Shown here: piece by piece, positions 26,856 through 39,255 of the stretch
Layout of the letters: every line of letters begins with the position of its first letter
Position numbering within the stretch: position 1 is the first letter of the stretch
From: Octopus vulgaris
Taxonomy: Eukaryota
Reading direction: 5' to 3'
NCBI GenBank assembly: GCA_951406725.2
Contig: OX597817.1
Coordinates: forward strand, 108,066,001-108,130,000
DNA length: 64,000 nucleotides
Translations under genes and position numbers: made by a program
The notes under the pieces: model-generated
What the model was told of the DNA's origin: nothing
Seen by the model: the letters and a program-made list of their open reading frames with translations, nothing else
Databases searched by the model: none

Positions 26856-27410
26856 ATGCCCTGATGCAGTACCAGATAGTAGCTCTCATGGCTTCTCATC
26901 TTAACTGATTGGAAGTGTTATCATGTACATTGTTTTGTCTTGTTATAAAAGATGGTCTACAGCAAATATTCTGCTCAATACCACAAATTTGCTTGTCACT
27001 TGTTTGACCTTAACAGTTGAGCATGTCCCTTAATGGCTGACGATATGTACGTCTCTGATCATGAGCAGAAGTAATGGGAGAGCATCATAGCCGCGTGTTG
27101 AAAGGAATTCTTGGAGGTTTGGATAATTCACATTTGGAAACATGGATGGTTCGTTCAACATCCTTAAACAGTTCTTATTCAGGGACCTTTTGAGTGGGAT
27201 GGGCTACTCGACCAGAAGAAAATTCTAACTGGGCCCCACCTGCAAGGTCATGTGCTGTTTATCTTGATATGAGATCACCATGTTGTGCACATATGGTTGT
27301 GATGCATGTGCCTGGTGTACCCTTATCAGAATGGTAGTCATGATGGGTATACTGGGCTTCGTATATTTTACCCCAGTGTCATTTTGATGGCATGCACTGC
27401 TCTCTCATTC
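26856..27410. mobile_element. Non-coding insert bounded by (AAT)n on both sides, probably a TAA-targeting non-autonomous retroelement
   Basis: More GC-rich 555-bp block flanked by (AAT)n at 26827-26846 and 27411-27426, next to the R4/Dong fragment. Single copy in this window. Confidence 0.45.
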
Positions 27411-27444
27411 AATAATAATAATAATATGATATATATCGCACAAG

Positions 27445-28160
27445 TGTAATAAACCTCTCCAGAATGTGTGGGAAGGAGGTCGAATGCGTGACTCACATTG
27501 TTTGTGCTCGTGAAAGTCTTGCGCAGAAAGAGTACAAAGGCAGACACGACAAGGTAGCTGAAAACCTTCATTGACTACTATGCTGGAAGTATGGATACGA
27601 GGTTAACAGGTGCTTGGTAACAACATGTACCGGAAAAGGTAATTGAACGAAAATGGGAAGGCAAAAAACCTCTGGGAGTTTGACTTCCAAACAGACAAGG
27701 TGTTAGAGCAGCGAAGGCCGGATATTGTAACCTTTAGTGGGGACAAACAAGTGTACCTAATAATCGACGTGGCAGTACCAGATGATCAACATATCATGAA
27801 GGAATGAGAAAAGATTGATAAATATGAAGACCTGAGAATTGAGATTGCCAAGATGCGGCAGCTACGAGAGTCAAACATAAAGGTTGCCTTTGTTGTCATC
27901 GGAGCATTGGGTTCAATACCACCCAATCTGAAAAAAACATCTGGAAACTTTAGAAATACCCTACAATCTAGGTGTATTACAAAAATTGGCACTAATTGGA
28001 ACTGCACGCATATTGCGTAAAATACTGTCTGTCTGAGGTCCTCGTTGTGACTTGATAGACCGTAAAAATCCCCGGTAGACACAATATCTTCAATCAACAT
28101 CACGATATTGGATACTGTACGACGTCTTAAATAAAATTACTATTATTATTATTAATAATA
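27445..28160 (+). mobile_element. 3' fragment of an R4/Dong-clade (RLE) non-LTR retrotransposon
   Basis: Frameshifted RMCGKEVECVTHIVC (CCHC knuckle remnant), RHDKVA, WEFDFQTDK..RRPDIV..LIIDVAVP..EKIDKYEDL and VVIGALGSIP..LQK.ALIGTAHILRK*. This is the restriction-like endonuclease C-terminus, followed by a short UTR and a TAT/TAA-rich tail. Confidence 0.85.
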
Positions 28161-29159
28161 AGTTTCAAATTATGGCACAAGGCCAGTAATTTTAAGGGAG
28201 TAATAACCCGATTGCAATGAACTCCTGTATTCAATTGGTACTTCTTTTATCGACACCCGAAAGAATGAAAAGCAAAGCCGACCTCAGCGGAATTTGAACG
28301 CTTGAACGTTAAGAGACGAAAATGTCGCAGAGCATTTTGTTCGACTCGCTGACGGTTCTACCAGCTCGCCACCTTGATAATAACTAATAAAGGCTTCAAA
28401 TTTCAGCATAGAACCAGCAGCTTTTGAGGGGAAGAAGAACTCGATTCATCGATCCCAGTACTTGATTGATACTTATTTTACCGACCTCGAAAGGATGAAA
28501 GGCGGAATTCGGTGGAATTTGAACTCTGAACGTCAAGACGGACGAAATATCACTAAGTATTTTGTTAAGTGTGCTAACGGTTCTGCCAAATCACCACCAT
28601 AACAATGATAATAATAATTGTGCAGCTGTGTGGTTACGAAGTTCGTCGACCAAGCCTTATGAGTAAAGTCGTTAGACAGAAACTGTTGTCTTTAAATCCG
28701 TCTTATATACGTGTATGAATGGGTGTATCTTTATGTTTATCACCCATCACTTGACAACTTGGGTTGGTTTGTTTACGTTCCTGTCATTAAATGTTTCGTA
28801 GAAAGAACGATAGAATAAGTGCCGGGGAACGATACAATCGAGTTATTCATTCATGCCGGTGCTACAGCATGGCCGGTCTCCAGTGACTGAAACAACTATC
28901 AGTATAAAATGAGTAAAAGAGCGTGTGTACATGTATGTGTGTGTGTGCGCGCGCGCGTGAATTCATGTATGAGTCTATGTATTTGCGTACCGGTGTAATA
29001 CGGAGCGTGGTTTTGCATAACTGAGCCATTCAATAAATAAAGATCGATAAGATAAATACCAGATTAAAGTAAGCACTGAATTCGATACGATCGCCTGAAA
29101 AATTCGAAAACGATGTTCTAGAATTATGGCTGTAATCTAATGTCTGAAATCAGTTAGAG

Positions 29160-29449
29160 TAGTGGTTCCCAAACTTTTCTGGCAGCCGTCCCCTTGGCAC
29201 CCGGGCCCACATTGCGAGCCACCCTCCACTACCACCACCACAAACATAGACCACTTTCTGCAGCAAATTCAAAACAACTGTGTTTTACGAATAAAATTTA
29301 ACCTAATTAACCCATTATTTTGGGGTTTTTTTTATATCCATCGCTCCCTTTTGGCCACCTCGTTATCGACCCACTTTTCTTCAATGACCCCTCCCCACAA
29401 CTTTCCACCTCCCCCAAGGGGGCAGTACTGCCAACTTTGGGAATCATTG
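29160..29449. mobile_element. hAT (Charlie-like) MITE
   Basis: TIRs TAGTGGTTCCCAAA / TTTGGGAATCATTG. Perfect 8-bp TSD AGTTAGAG (29152-29159 and 29450-29457). Confidence 0.85.
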
Positions 29450-30139
29450 AGTTAGAGAATAAACCATGCCGTGAAAAAGTTGATGAAATATAAATCTCTT
29501 TTTAAGTACAATTAAAGCTTAGTATAGCTGAGCCACTTCTACTCTCTTCCATTCATAGATATGCACCGGACATTCATAAGAAATTCTTTTTGCATGACAA
29601 CCGATGTCTGCCTGCTCGCAGAAAATTCTCTTGGGAATAGATCTCGCGTCTTTGATTCCTTATCCCCCATCATAAGGAGCGGCAGGAATATGTCATCACC
29701 CCTACTTCAGTAAACATGCATTCCTTTACTTCGTATGTATTTTTGAGAGATTGTACCATTGGATTTTGTTATTTACTCTTCGAGATCTTCGTGATGCAGG
29801 GTTTTCATTAGCGCGTACTGATTGTTATCACCAGTAGTTTGCTCTTCGAATATCCCCTAAGAGAAACGTATAAATTGCTTCCGTTATCTTTTTATTTTTA
29901 CTCTCTCTCTCATTAACTTTTTTGTCCCCTTTTCCGTTATTTGCTCGTTTTTTTTCCCCAGTGGCCCTTCTTTATCTATCACAGATATGTACAGAAAAAC
30001 AAAAATTGTCTAAGTATCATTAATTGTATAATAGAATAATGTTGATTATTACAAAACTGGTTGCTCTGAACAGAGTAAAGAATAACAAGAAAAAAGTTTT
30101 TTCTGAAAACGAAGTAACACTCACTAAATGTAAATTATT

Positions 30140-30569
30140 GGCGCAGGAGTGGCTGTGTGGTAAATAGCTTGCTTACCAACCACATGGTTCTGGGTTCAGT
30201 CCCACTGCGTGGCACCATGGGTAAGTGTCTTCTACTATAGCCTCGGGCCGACAAAAGCCTTGTGAGTGGATTTGGTCGACGGAAGCTGAAAGAAGCCTGT
30301 CGTATATATGTATATACATATATATGTATATACATATATATGTATGTGTGTGTATGTGTTTGTGTGTCTGTGTTGTCCTCCCAACATCGCTTGACAACTG
30401 ATGCTGGTGAGTTTACGTCCCCGTAACTTAACAGTTCGGCAAAAGAGACCGATAGAATAAGTACTAGGCTTACAAAGAATAAGTCCTGGGGTCGATTTGC
30501 TCGACTAAAGGCGGTGCTCCAGCATGGCCGCAGTCAAATGACTGAAACAAGTAAAAGAATAAAAGAGAG
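30140..30569 (+). mobile_element. tRNA-derived SINE, family B (GGCGCAGG head), full length
   Basis: A box TGGCTGTGTGG, B box GGTTCAGTCCC, internal (TA/TG)n and TAAAAGA-repeat tail. Further copies or fragments at 4909-5263, 9567-9702 plus 10109-10342, 15365-15540, 16356-16532, 28620-28920, 32820-32980(-), 38838-39255, 48766-49140(-), 49430-50000 and 51615-51900(-). Confidence 0.88.
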
Positions 30570-31639
30570 ACGAAAGACGACGGAGACAACGGATTAATGA
30601 TTTTAATACTTATACATTATTTTATACTGTTTATGAATTGAAGAAAAGTCAATAAACAAAGTATTTGTCGTAAAACGGATAAGAAAATAGAATCATAACA
30701 TTTCTACGAAATAAATGTCCCTCCCTACATATACACATTGCAGTTTGAATAAAATAATAAGAAAATATCATTCTAAGAAAGACAGCTTTTCAATGTAAAT
30801 CATTTGATTTATATATATATGGTACACGGAACTAGTTTAGAATGCTGTCTTATAAAGCGATTGGCTGTGCTCATCTTTGTGCTTGTTTTGCCCCTATTAA
30901 TAACCAGGATTGGGTTGGGTACTTCCTTGTAGCAAAAGAAAACGATCAAATAACTGACATAAAAATAAGCACTGAGGTCAATGAAGCCGGTGTTATAGCA
31001 TTGGCCACTGCTCAGTGACTAAAATAAGTCCAAGAGTAAAATGTGTACGAGTATGAAAGAATGTGTGTGTGTGTGTGTGTGCGCGCGCGTTTGTGCTTGT
31101 ACTGGGTAAGAGATAGTCCCAAAGTTATAAAAATACGAAAGGGAAACGAAGAAATTAGTGAAATAACTTTGAAACATTTATAAGAAAATCAAAAATGTGG
31201 AACTAGTAAAATGTACAATTACGTGGGTTAGCTATATGTGAACAATATCTCCTTCGTTTCTTTAACATTATAGTTATTAAAAGAATATTGTCATAATGGC
31301 GAAAAACGGTGATGAAGAAGTGGATGAAAGTCACAACATAAATGTAATACCAAGTGCAACCAAAAGTATCAGTGGGGAGGCGGGGCTCGTGGGGTCCGAG
31401 CTGAACCCGCACCCACTCCATCTGTAATGTCTTCCGGTCTGTCCCATCACTCGATTTCTGTCCATTTATTGTAATTCATGAAAATTTTTAAACCCGATTT
31501 ATTGTAAAAACCCATTCGTTTGTCTGACCCCATCATCAGAATGTATCGTCCCGTCTGTGTTCGCCCCTTGTGGGTAATAATAAAACAACATCGCACAGCT
31601 ACCGCCAAAAAACGGCAGTTTTCTATGGCACAAAGAAGA

Positions 31640-31809
31640 TTCTAAAAGATTGGATCACGAGATGACTTGACGCTGATTGGTTGCTTCGTAGACCGATCAC
31701 GTGAAACTGCTGTGACTGTGGTTAGGGCGTGATGCATGACCTGTTACCGAGCGGTTCGGTTTTGACTCACTGCTACAGTAACATTGTCTGCTAGTCAGAT
31801 ACCGTAAGT
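31640..31809 (+). promoter_or_regulatory. Candidate internal promoter with a non-coding first exon
   Basis: Two GATTGG (reverse CCAAT) boxes at 31648 and 31675, TGACG, E-box TCACGTGA (31697-31704), CpG-rich sequence and a consensus donor GTAAGT at 31804. Confidence 0.4.
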
Positions 31810-32785
31810 ACTCAGGCATTAACTTCTGCTGTCACAAGTAAACGTGTTTCTTAAAATGCTCTTCATTATTGTATTTCGTTTCTCTAAAGCTCATTAGGCA
31901 CATGTAGGTATAAAATATATTGAGCCGGTGGAGAAACCTTTTCGCGGCGGCTATAAGTTAAGTAGATATCCCCTTCACATATCTTACAAACTTATATAAA
32001 AAAAAGGATATAATAACGTCGCCTCTAATGCAATCACAAGCAAACTTTAAAATTACCTTGAATTTCTTTTAGTAGTGCAACTGGCCTGATATGAACCATG
32101 TCTCTTCTTGAAAAAGTTACTCATACCTTTTCTAATGTATATAAAAAAGAAAGGCTGGCCTAGGCAGGCATAAGTTTGCTTAGTTAAGACTAAACTACAA
32201 CCTATAAGATGTACTTTCTTCCTAATTTTGGCATAAAGCTACCAATGTTAGAGGAGAAGCACATCAATTACATAGACCCTGGTACTTAACTGGTACGTCA
32301 TTTTATCGTCCTCAAAAGCATGAATGACTAAGTTGATCACGACGAGATTTCAACTCAGAAGAACTGCCACTGAACATTTTGTCCAACGCGCTAATGATTC
32401 TGCTAGCTCGTCACCTTAAGATATGATATCGGCTTCACATTTTGGTACAAGGCCAACAATGTCAGGGAGGGTGTAAGTCGATTAAATCGATCCCAATGCT
32501 CAACTGGTACTCATTTTATCGACCCCCAAAAGGATAAAAGCAAAGTCGACCTCGATGGAATTTGAACTCAAAACGTATGAACAGGCGAAATGCCGCTCAG
32601 CACTTTTCCCGGTGCGGTAACGATTCTGCCAGCTCGCCGCCTAAAAAGGATGAAAGGCAAAGTCGACCTCGCCGAAATTTGAACTCAGAATGTAAGGGCG
32701 GACGAAATTAAAGATTCTGCCAGCGCGTCACCATAAACAGCCTATAATATATTAATATAAATTAAAGGCGGCTAGCTGGTAAAAT

Positions 32786-32823
<38 letters not shown>

Positions 32824-35800
32824 GACAGGCCTCCTTCAGCCTCCGTCCACCAAATTCACTCACAAGGCTTTGGTCTGCCCGAGGCTCTAGTAAAAGACAC
32901 TTGCCCAAGATGCCACATAGCAGTGGGACTGAACCCGAAACCATGTGGTTGGTAAGCAAGCTACTTGCCACTCCTGCGCCTTATGTAAAAAAAATGTGTG
33001 TGTGTGTGGGTAGGTGGGGGGCGTTTGTGTGTAACCAAATGTTCATATTTTCCTCTTGAATGGATAGGTTATTGTATATGAGATATTGACTTCTTTCTTT
33101 GTTTTTCTTTCTTTTTACCTTAGATGCCTGCTTGCTTATAAACAATTTTCCTCTGTTTAAGCTGAAACACTGTAACAAAACATTTGACGAATTGAAATTT
33201 AAGACTAGATGCTACGGTATCGGACAATGAATGGCTGGTGACGTTAATGCAGTGACACGTTTTGTTGGTTGTGATATTTTCATTTATATAACAAGAAACA
33301 AAATATTCCATTTATTTCTTACGTTTCTTGAAGGTCATAACCGTTGCCAGATGAGCATTTTGTATGTTATTTAAACACTTTGTGGCTATAGCGCTGAACC
33401 CCAGACGAAATGCCATACCCTATTTTAGATTCATTCATCTATGCTCTGGGTTCAAATCCCATAGATTTCGGCTCCGCCATTCAACTTTCTGAGCGTCAAC
33501 AAAATAGTCACCACAATTCACAATTACATAGAGTTGACTGTATGGATTAATGTATTATTTTCCGTCATACAAGTCGAATTATTCAGGCCGAAATTTACCG
33601 CCAGAAAAAAAGGTTGATCGATTTGGACACTGAGACGATTTTGGAGGACCAAAAGTTTCATGTGAAATACAGCAGGACTTGGGAAACAGTGACGATGTTT
33701 GAATGTTTACACTACATACGCTATATACTATGTCGACTTGTGCACCGGAAAATATGGAATAGCATTTGCGTTCAATAATTGGCAAAAAGAACACATTTGA
33801 TCAACATCTATTTTAACGATTCAGATTCTGAACCATAACATCTAGGAAAACTAGCATTTTAAATTATCTTAAATTAATTTTGGTGACAAATTGATACCAA
33901 TCTTACAATTAACCAAATGAAAAACTCGCATTCGGAAATAAGTTCTTACCAATGCGCCTATCGTTAAAAAAAAATCTAGTTAAATAAAATAAAAGATGGT
34001 AATGAATCTTTGACCTATTGACTAATGAAGAATTCTTTGACAAAGATTTCCATAAAGCCTTTTTTAGCAAATTTAATGATAAAACAATTAGTTTGATGAA
34101 TTCTTTACTATTTTATATAAAAATCAATCTTAAACGATTATTTCAACAAAAAGTTTAAGCATACACACACGTACACATATCAAACCTTCTTAATTCATCG
34201 CTAAAAGTGAAATGCAATAAAAGTGAAATTCAATAACGAAGACATCAATAGAATTATTATTGATGTTTTCGTTATTGAGCCCATATCAGCCCTGATTAAG
34301 TAATCCTATGGTCAAAAGCGTTTCAGCAGTGACCTTTCACCATTGTGTAGTATTGCATTATAAATATATGCTATTCTTTTTGTAAAATAATGACGTGTAA
34401 TTTGAAAAAGTTAAGCTGCCCTTTCTAGCAAGTAGGACGAACACATAGTAGCTTTCTAGTTGCTTCATGAATTCTTTTGCTGAGACCACAGTCTGTAAAA
34501 AAACCGAATGTGACGTGAATGCAAATTACTTCAAAAGTCATTGCTTTCAGTGTATGAATAGTAACAACCAAGAAAAGATTTCGCCCCAGAATCTCGTTTT
34601 TAAAAGACAGAATTAAAACAATGGGCATACGAAAATAAACAGGGGATACGATTGAAAAACGATTTCGGATTGACTGTTTAGATATGTGTTTAGGTATGAG
34701 AGTGAATATTGTTAAATGGTTTGTGATGTACCGCGAAACGTATTCTTCGCATTTCGTGTAAAAGCCCACTTAAACCGTATTATTATGGAAGGTAGAAGGC
34801 ATACATTTTTTTAGTAATACAGGACAGTGTACAAAGCACAAAATAATAGCAATAACAAATTATTTCACATTTCGGTATCATAATCCCATTTTTTAACTTT
34901 AAGGAAGAAAATAACCCCAGTGGTTGCAAGCCTTATAGGTATATGTTGGCTCAGTGTTTTTCAGAATGTGTGGTGAAGTGGGGTACGGATTGAAAAGAAG
35001 GTGGGTGAATTATCAATTCTAATGAAGATGGTTTTAAACTTTGTTAGAACTTGTCTAATAAAATAGTAAAGAAAGCATTATATGGATGCAATCTCCTTCG
35101 TCTTCTCATTAATAAAGAAGGCAGGATCGTTAGCACGCCGGGCAAAATGCTTAGCGCCATTTCGTACGTCTTTACGTTCTGAGTTCAAATTCTGTCGAGG
35201 TCGACTTTGCTTTTCATTCCTTCAAGGATGATAAAATAAGTATCCATTTGAGTAGTGGGATCGATGTTAGCGACTTCTTCTTCCCCTGAAAAACTGCTGA
35301 CTCTGTGCTAAAATTTGAAAAGAGGGAAAAGGTGGCGAGTTGGCAAAATCGTCAGCACGTCGGATAAAATTCTTCGCAATATTTCTTTCGACTCATTACG
35401 TTCTGAGTTAAAATGCCGCCAAGGTCGAGTTTGCCTATCATCCTTTCTGGATCGATGAAATAAGTACCATTTGAGCACCGGAGACGATGTAACCGATAAA
35501 GTCCTCCCACCAACATTACAGGCTTTGTGCATGTATTAGAAAGAATTAACTAAGAGGGGAAGTGGAAAACAACTTCGCTAATAATTTTGAGATAGTACGG
35601 GGAATTGTATTTATCAGTTTGAAAACTGCGGCGTTAATTGGCATTCCGAATTTTGAGGCCAAACTATAGATTGAAATAAACACCCATATTTAATTATTCT
35701 AATTCTCTATCCAACCTCAACTTCAAAGGATTTTTTTAATACCTGCATCATGTTGGGGGTATTATACAAAAGATAAGGCGGCGAGTGGCAGAATCGTTAG

Positions 35801-37279
35801 CATGCAGGGCGAACTGCTTAGCGGCATTTCGTCCATCTTTACATTTTAGATTCAAATTCATCTGGGATTGACTTTGCCCTTCATCTTTAGCACCAGTGGA
35901 ACACTGAGGTCGACTTAATCGACTGTGCCCCTCCCCTAAACCTGCTGGTCTTCTGCCAAAATTTTGCATAAAGTTCACCCCATTTCTGCACTTTTATTAA
36001 TGGAATTTTTATTTTTTAAAGAAAAACGAGTTGACGAATATTCTTAATGTATGATAAGTATAACAACAATAGCAAAAGTTATTGTATGTCAGAATTTGAA
36101 TACAAATTCGTTTTCAAACCATTTTCTCACACATATGTAGTGATAAAACCTGTTTATTTTTACCTTGTAATGTCTTTGTTATGCTTTTTTTCGGGGGTCA
36201 GTCACATTTTCTTTTCATCCATTATCTGCGCTCGACTATTATAATCTATGAAATTTCTTTGCAGACTTAGTAATTTAATTTCTAATACAATGATCATGTC
36301 TTTGTCAAGTAGTTTTGTAAAGAGACACATTAAAATAAGAAACTAGGTGAGATGTTGGTAGGTAATTCTCAGGAAGTATGAATTAAATCACATTTCTTTG
36401 TTTACCTGATGGTTTTTCATAGATAAAAGGAGGCGTAAGTTAGCTTCACAGAAATATTTGACTTCTTTCATGAATGAAAATTCTGTTTTCATTACATAAT
36501 AAATCAAGATATATAAATATCATGAACGAAATTTTCCACCAGGAAATGAATTTTTCCCCATAAATGATGATTACAGTACCAAATAAGTTTTTTTTTTGTT
36601 GAGAATAATGAAAATAAAAATTTTAAAAAAACTCAATTTAAAGTGTGAATCGTGAAAGCGTTGCGATATGGTTCAGTCCATTTGAAGCTTTGTTAAGCGA
36701 GTTGATATGTAATTTTGTTTAACTATTATATTAAAACATTAGTCAGACTGTCAGATGTTGTTATACACCGCTGATCACAGAGCTCCTCCTCGCATTGTTG
36801 CGGCTTTAGAGTGATGCTACTCTGCTGGCTAAGCGGGCAAGTCAACATTCCTCCTGAATGGAATGCCAGTCCGTCGCAGAGTTACCCATTTATAGCTGAG
36901 AGGACTTGAGCAACGTGAAACGAAGTATTTTGCTCTCGAGCACGACGCCGGTTTGGGAATTGAAACTGCGACCTTGCGTAAGCCATGTGTCTTCACATTT
37001 CCTCTCTCATTAGAATCACGGAGGTAGCCAGGATTTCAGTCTAGGAAATTCTCAATTATTTAAATTGTTCCAGTATTAGCCGTCTAATTTGTTCTTTCAT
37101 GAGCATGTACGTGTATATCATATACAATATATATAACTGGGAAAGGAAGAGTTCATGCAGATCAGTCGAATACACTCTGGCTACGAATGAGAAAATAAGA
37201 CCAATTTAGCCCTTTGCCTGTCATCTGTATGACATAACACAGCATATATTTCCCTGGTGTCAACGCATCATATACGAAT

Positions 37280-37650
37280 TGCGTTCACAAAGTATCCGAA
37301 TTTATTTTTTCTCACCAAAACTAATGCAGTATTGGCAAATTCCTTTGGGCTGAAGGCGACGCTATCCTTCTTGCGCATGCGTGAAAATTTTCGCATCACC
37401 GATAGACCGCGTCAGTTCCCGGCTTTTACACCTAGCGTACAAACATGTAGTGATTACTCGTCGGATTTTCGTTTTCACCGAACGCATCCAGTAGAGGTAT
37501 TACATCAAGTTTTGCCAAAAGCTTGGTGATACTCAAGTTCAAATCATTCAGAAGATTCAGCAGGCTTTTGGCGATGATGCCATGGATAAAAATCAGATCA
37601 AAGAGTGGTAAAACCACTTCCAAACATGGTCACATCTCAGTGGAGAGTGA
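37280..37650 (+). mobile_element. 5' fragment of a third mariner element
   Basis: Reads (Q)RYYIKFCQKLGDTQVQIIQKIQQAFGDDAMDKNQIKEW*NHF..GHISVESE, typical of the mariner transposase N-terminal HTH. Contains stops and is truncated. Confidence 0.75.
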
Positions 37651-38042
37651 GGTAAAACTATTAGATGTTGTTATACATTATTCCCACCAAAGTCATCTTC
37701 GTTTTTCATCCTTTCGGGAGTTCGAAAGAAAAAAAAAATACTTGCAAAATACTAGAAATGATTTTATCACAACCTTCAAATTTCTGGCCTTGTGCCTATG
37801 TATATGAGAAATCCTTACAATTCCATCAGTCTGAACGCAGTTAAGTGTGCAGTGTCGAATAATAGGGTTATTTTCTACATATTGTGTATGTAAGAGCAGG
37901 AGGTTTGGTTCTGTATCATCATCATCATCATCATCATCATCGTTATCATCATCCTCGTCATCATCATTTGATTATCTTCAGCTGCCTCTTCTTGTAAACG
38001 ACTATCAAAATATTCAAAGAAATCCCGAACTTTTCTTTATAG

Positions 38043-38203
38043 ATGGGTGAAATATGAAGAAGATGTTGAGGAAGGAGGAGAAAGATGGTCGAAACCTCAT
38101 GTGGCATCTTTATCTTTACATTCCTTGTTCGAACTGCGAAGCTGTATGATGTCTGGTGCTGTGATGCTAGACATGGATGCACATAATCTATCTCAAGTGA
38201 TAG
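38043..38203 (+). CDS. SLC4: SLC4-family transporter, exon B
   Basis: Acceptor TTTTCTTTATAG and donor G|GTAAGG at 38204. AG+A completes Arg, then [53 protein letters not shown], the hallmark SLC4 W.K(F/Y)[27 protein letters not shown] motif. Phase matches exon A. Confidence 0.97.
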
Positions 38204-38837
38204 GTAAGGAAATTAGTAATGTTATCAAACTGATATAATTTGTAGCGCATTTCAGTATCCGCAGTTGTAGCAACATGGTTAGAGCTAATTCATTATAAAA
38301 ACCATCTAAAATATACTAATACTTCATTCCGAACTCCTGGGTTTGCTTAACGTACAGGATCATAAACCTTTCTATTTCCGCATTTAGAAAAGTAAGTAAT
38401 AAAATAAATATGTGTCGGTCTCAACACTGAGTCTTCCGATTCAGATGTTTGATCAGCCGAGTTACCTAATCACGGAATTAGTGTGAAAGTGTCTGTGTAA
38501 TCGTCAAGTAAAAATCAGCATGACACAGTGTATGAAAAGCTTGAACTTTTGAATTACGAGTACAGTCCTCTTGACTGGTTTCTGTTCAATTTCCATTTGC
38601 CCAATTTCACTCGCAAGTTTTGAGTCCCTTGTGGCTATGGCAAAGGACACTTGCCTATGCCACCCCGCTGTGGGACCGAACGATAAAACTCGTTTTTGCA
38701 TAGCAAACTTATCCCATTCGGCTATGCTGCATCTAATATATAGTAAAAACGGCTATATATCAAGAGTTTGTGTCTGTAGCATAACTTTGGTTTTTCTAAA
38801 ACTGTATAACCTTGTAGCAAGCCTGGAAGGTTTTTGA

Positions 38838-39255
38838 GGCGCAGGCGTAGCTGTGTGGTATGAAGCTTGCTTCCCAATCACATGGGTCCAGGTTCAGTCC
38901 CACTGTGTAGCACCTTGGGCAAGCGTCTTGTGAGCGGATTTGTAGCACCTTAAGCAGGCGCCTTGTGAGCGGATTTGGTAGACGGAAATTGAAAGAAACC
39001 AAACCTGTCGTTTATACATATATATGTATATATCTGTGTGTGTGTGTGTGTATTTGTGTCTGTATTTGTCCCCTCACCACTGCTTGACAACCAGTGTTGG
39101 TGTGTTTATGTCCCCGTAACGATTCGGCAAAATAGACCGATAGAATAGGTATTAGGCTTTAAAAAATAAGTCCTAGGGGCGATTTGTTCAACTAAAATCC
39201 TTCAAGACGGTGCTCCAGCATGGCCAGTCAAATGACTGAAACAAGATAAAAGATA
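38838..39255 (+). mobile_element. tRNA-derived SINE, family B
   Basis: Aligns end to end with 30140-30569, with a small internal duplication at ~38903-38978. Confidence 0.85.

Noticed and set aside
27300-27410. HDV-like ribozyme at the end of the AAT-flanked insert
   Set aside because: I could not assign the nested double pseudoknot by eye.
33573-33780. Open + strand frame in the long intron (RIIQAEIYRQ...)
   Set aside because: No recognisable homology and no good donor. Exons A and B already join in a conserved motif with no room for an insert.
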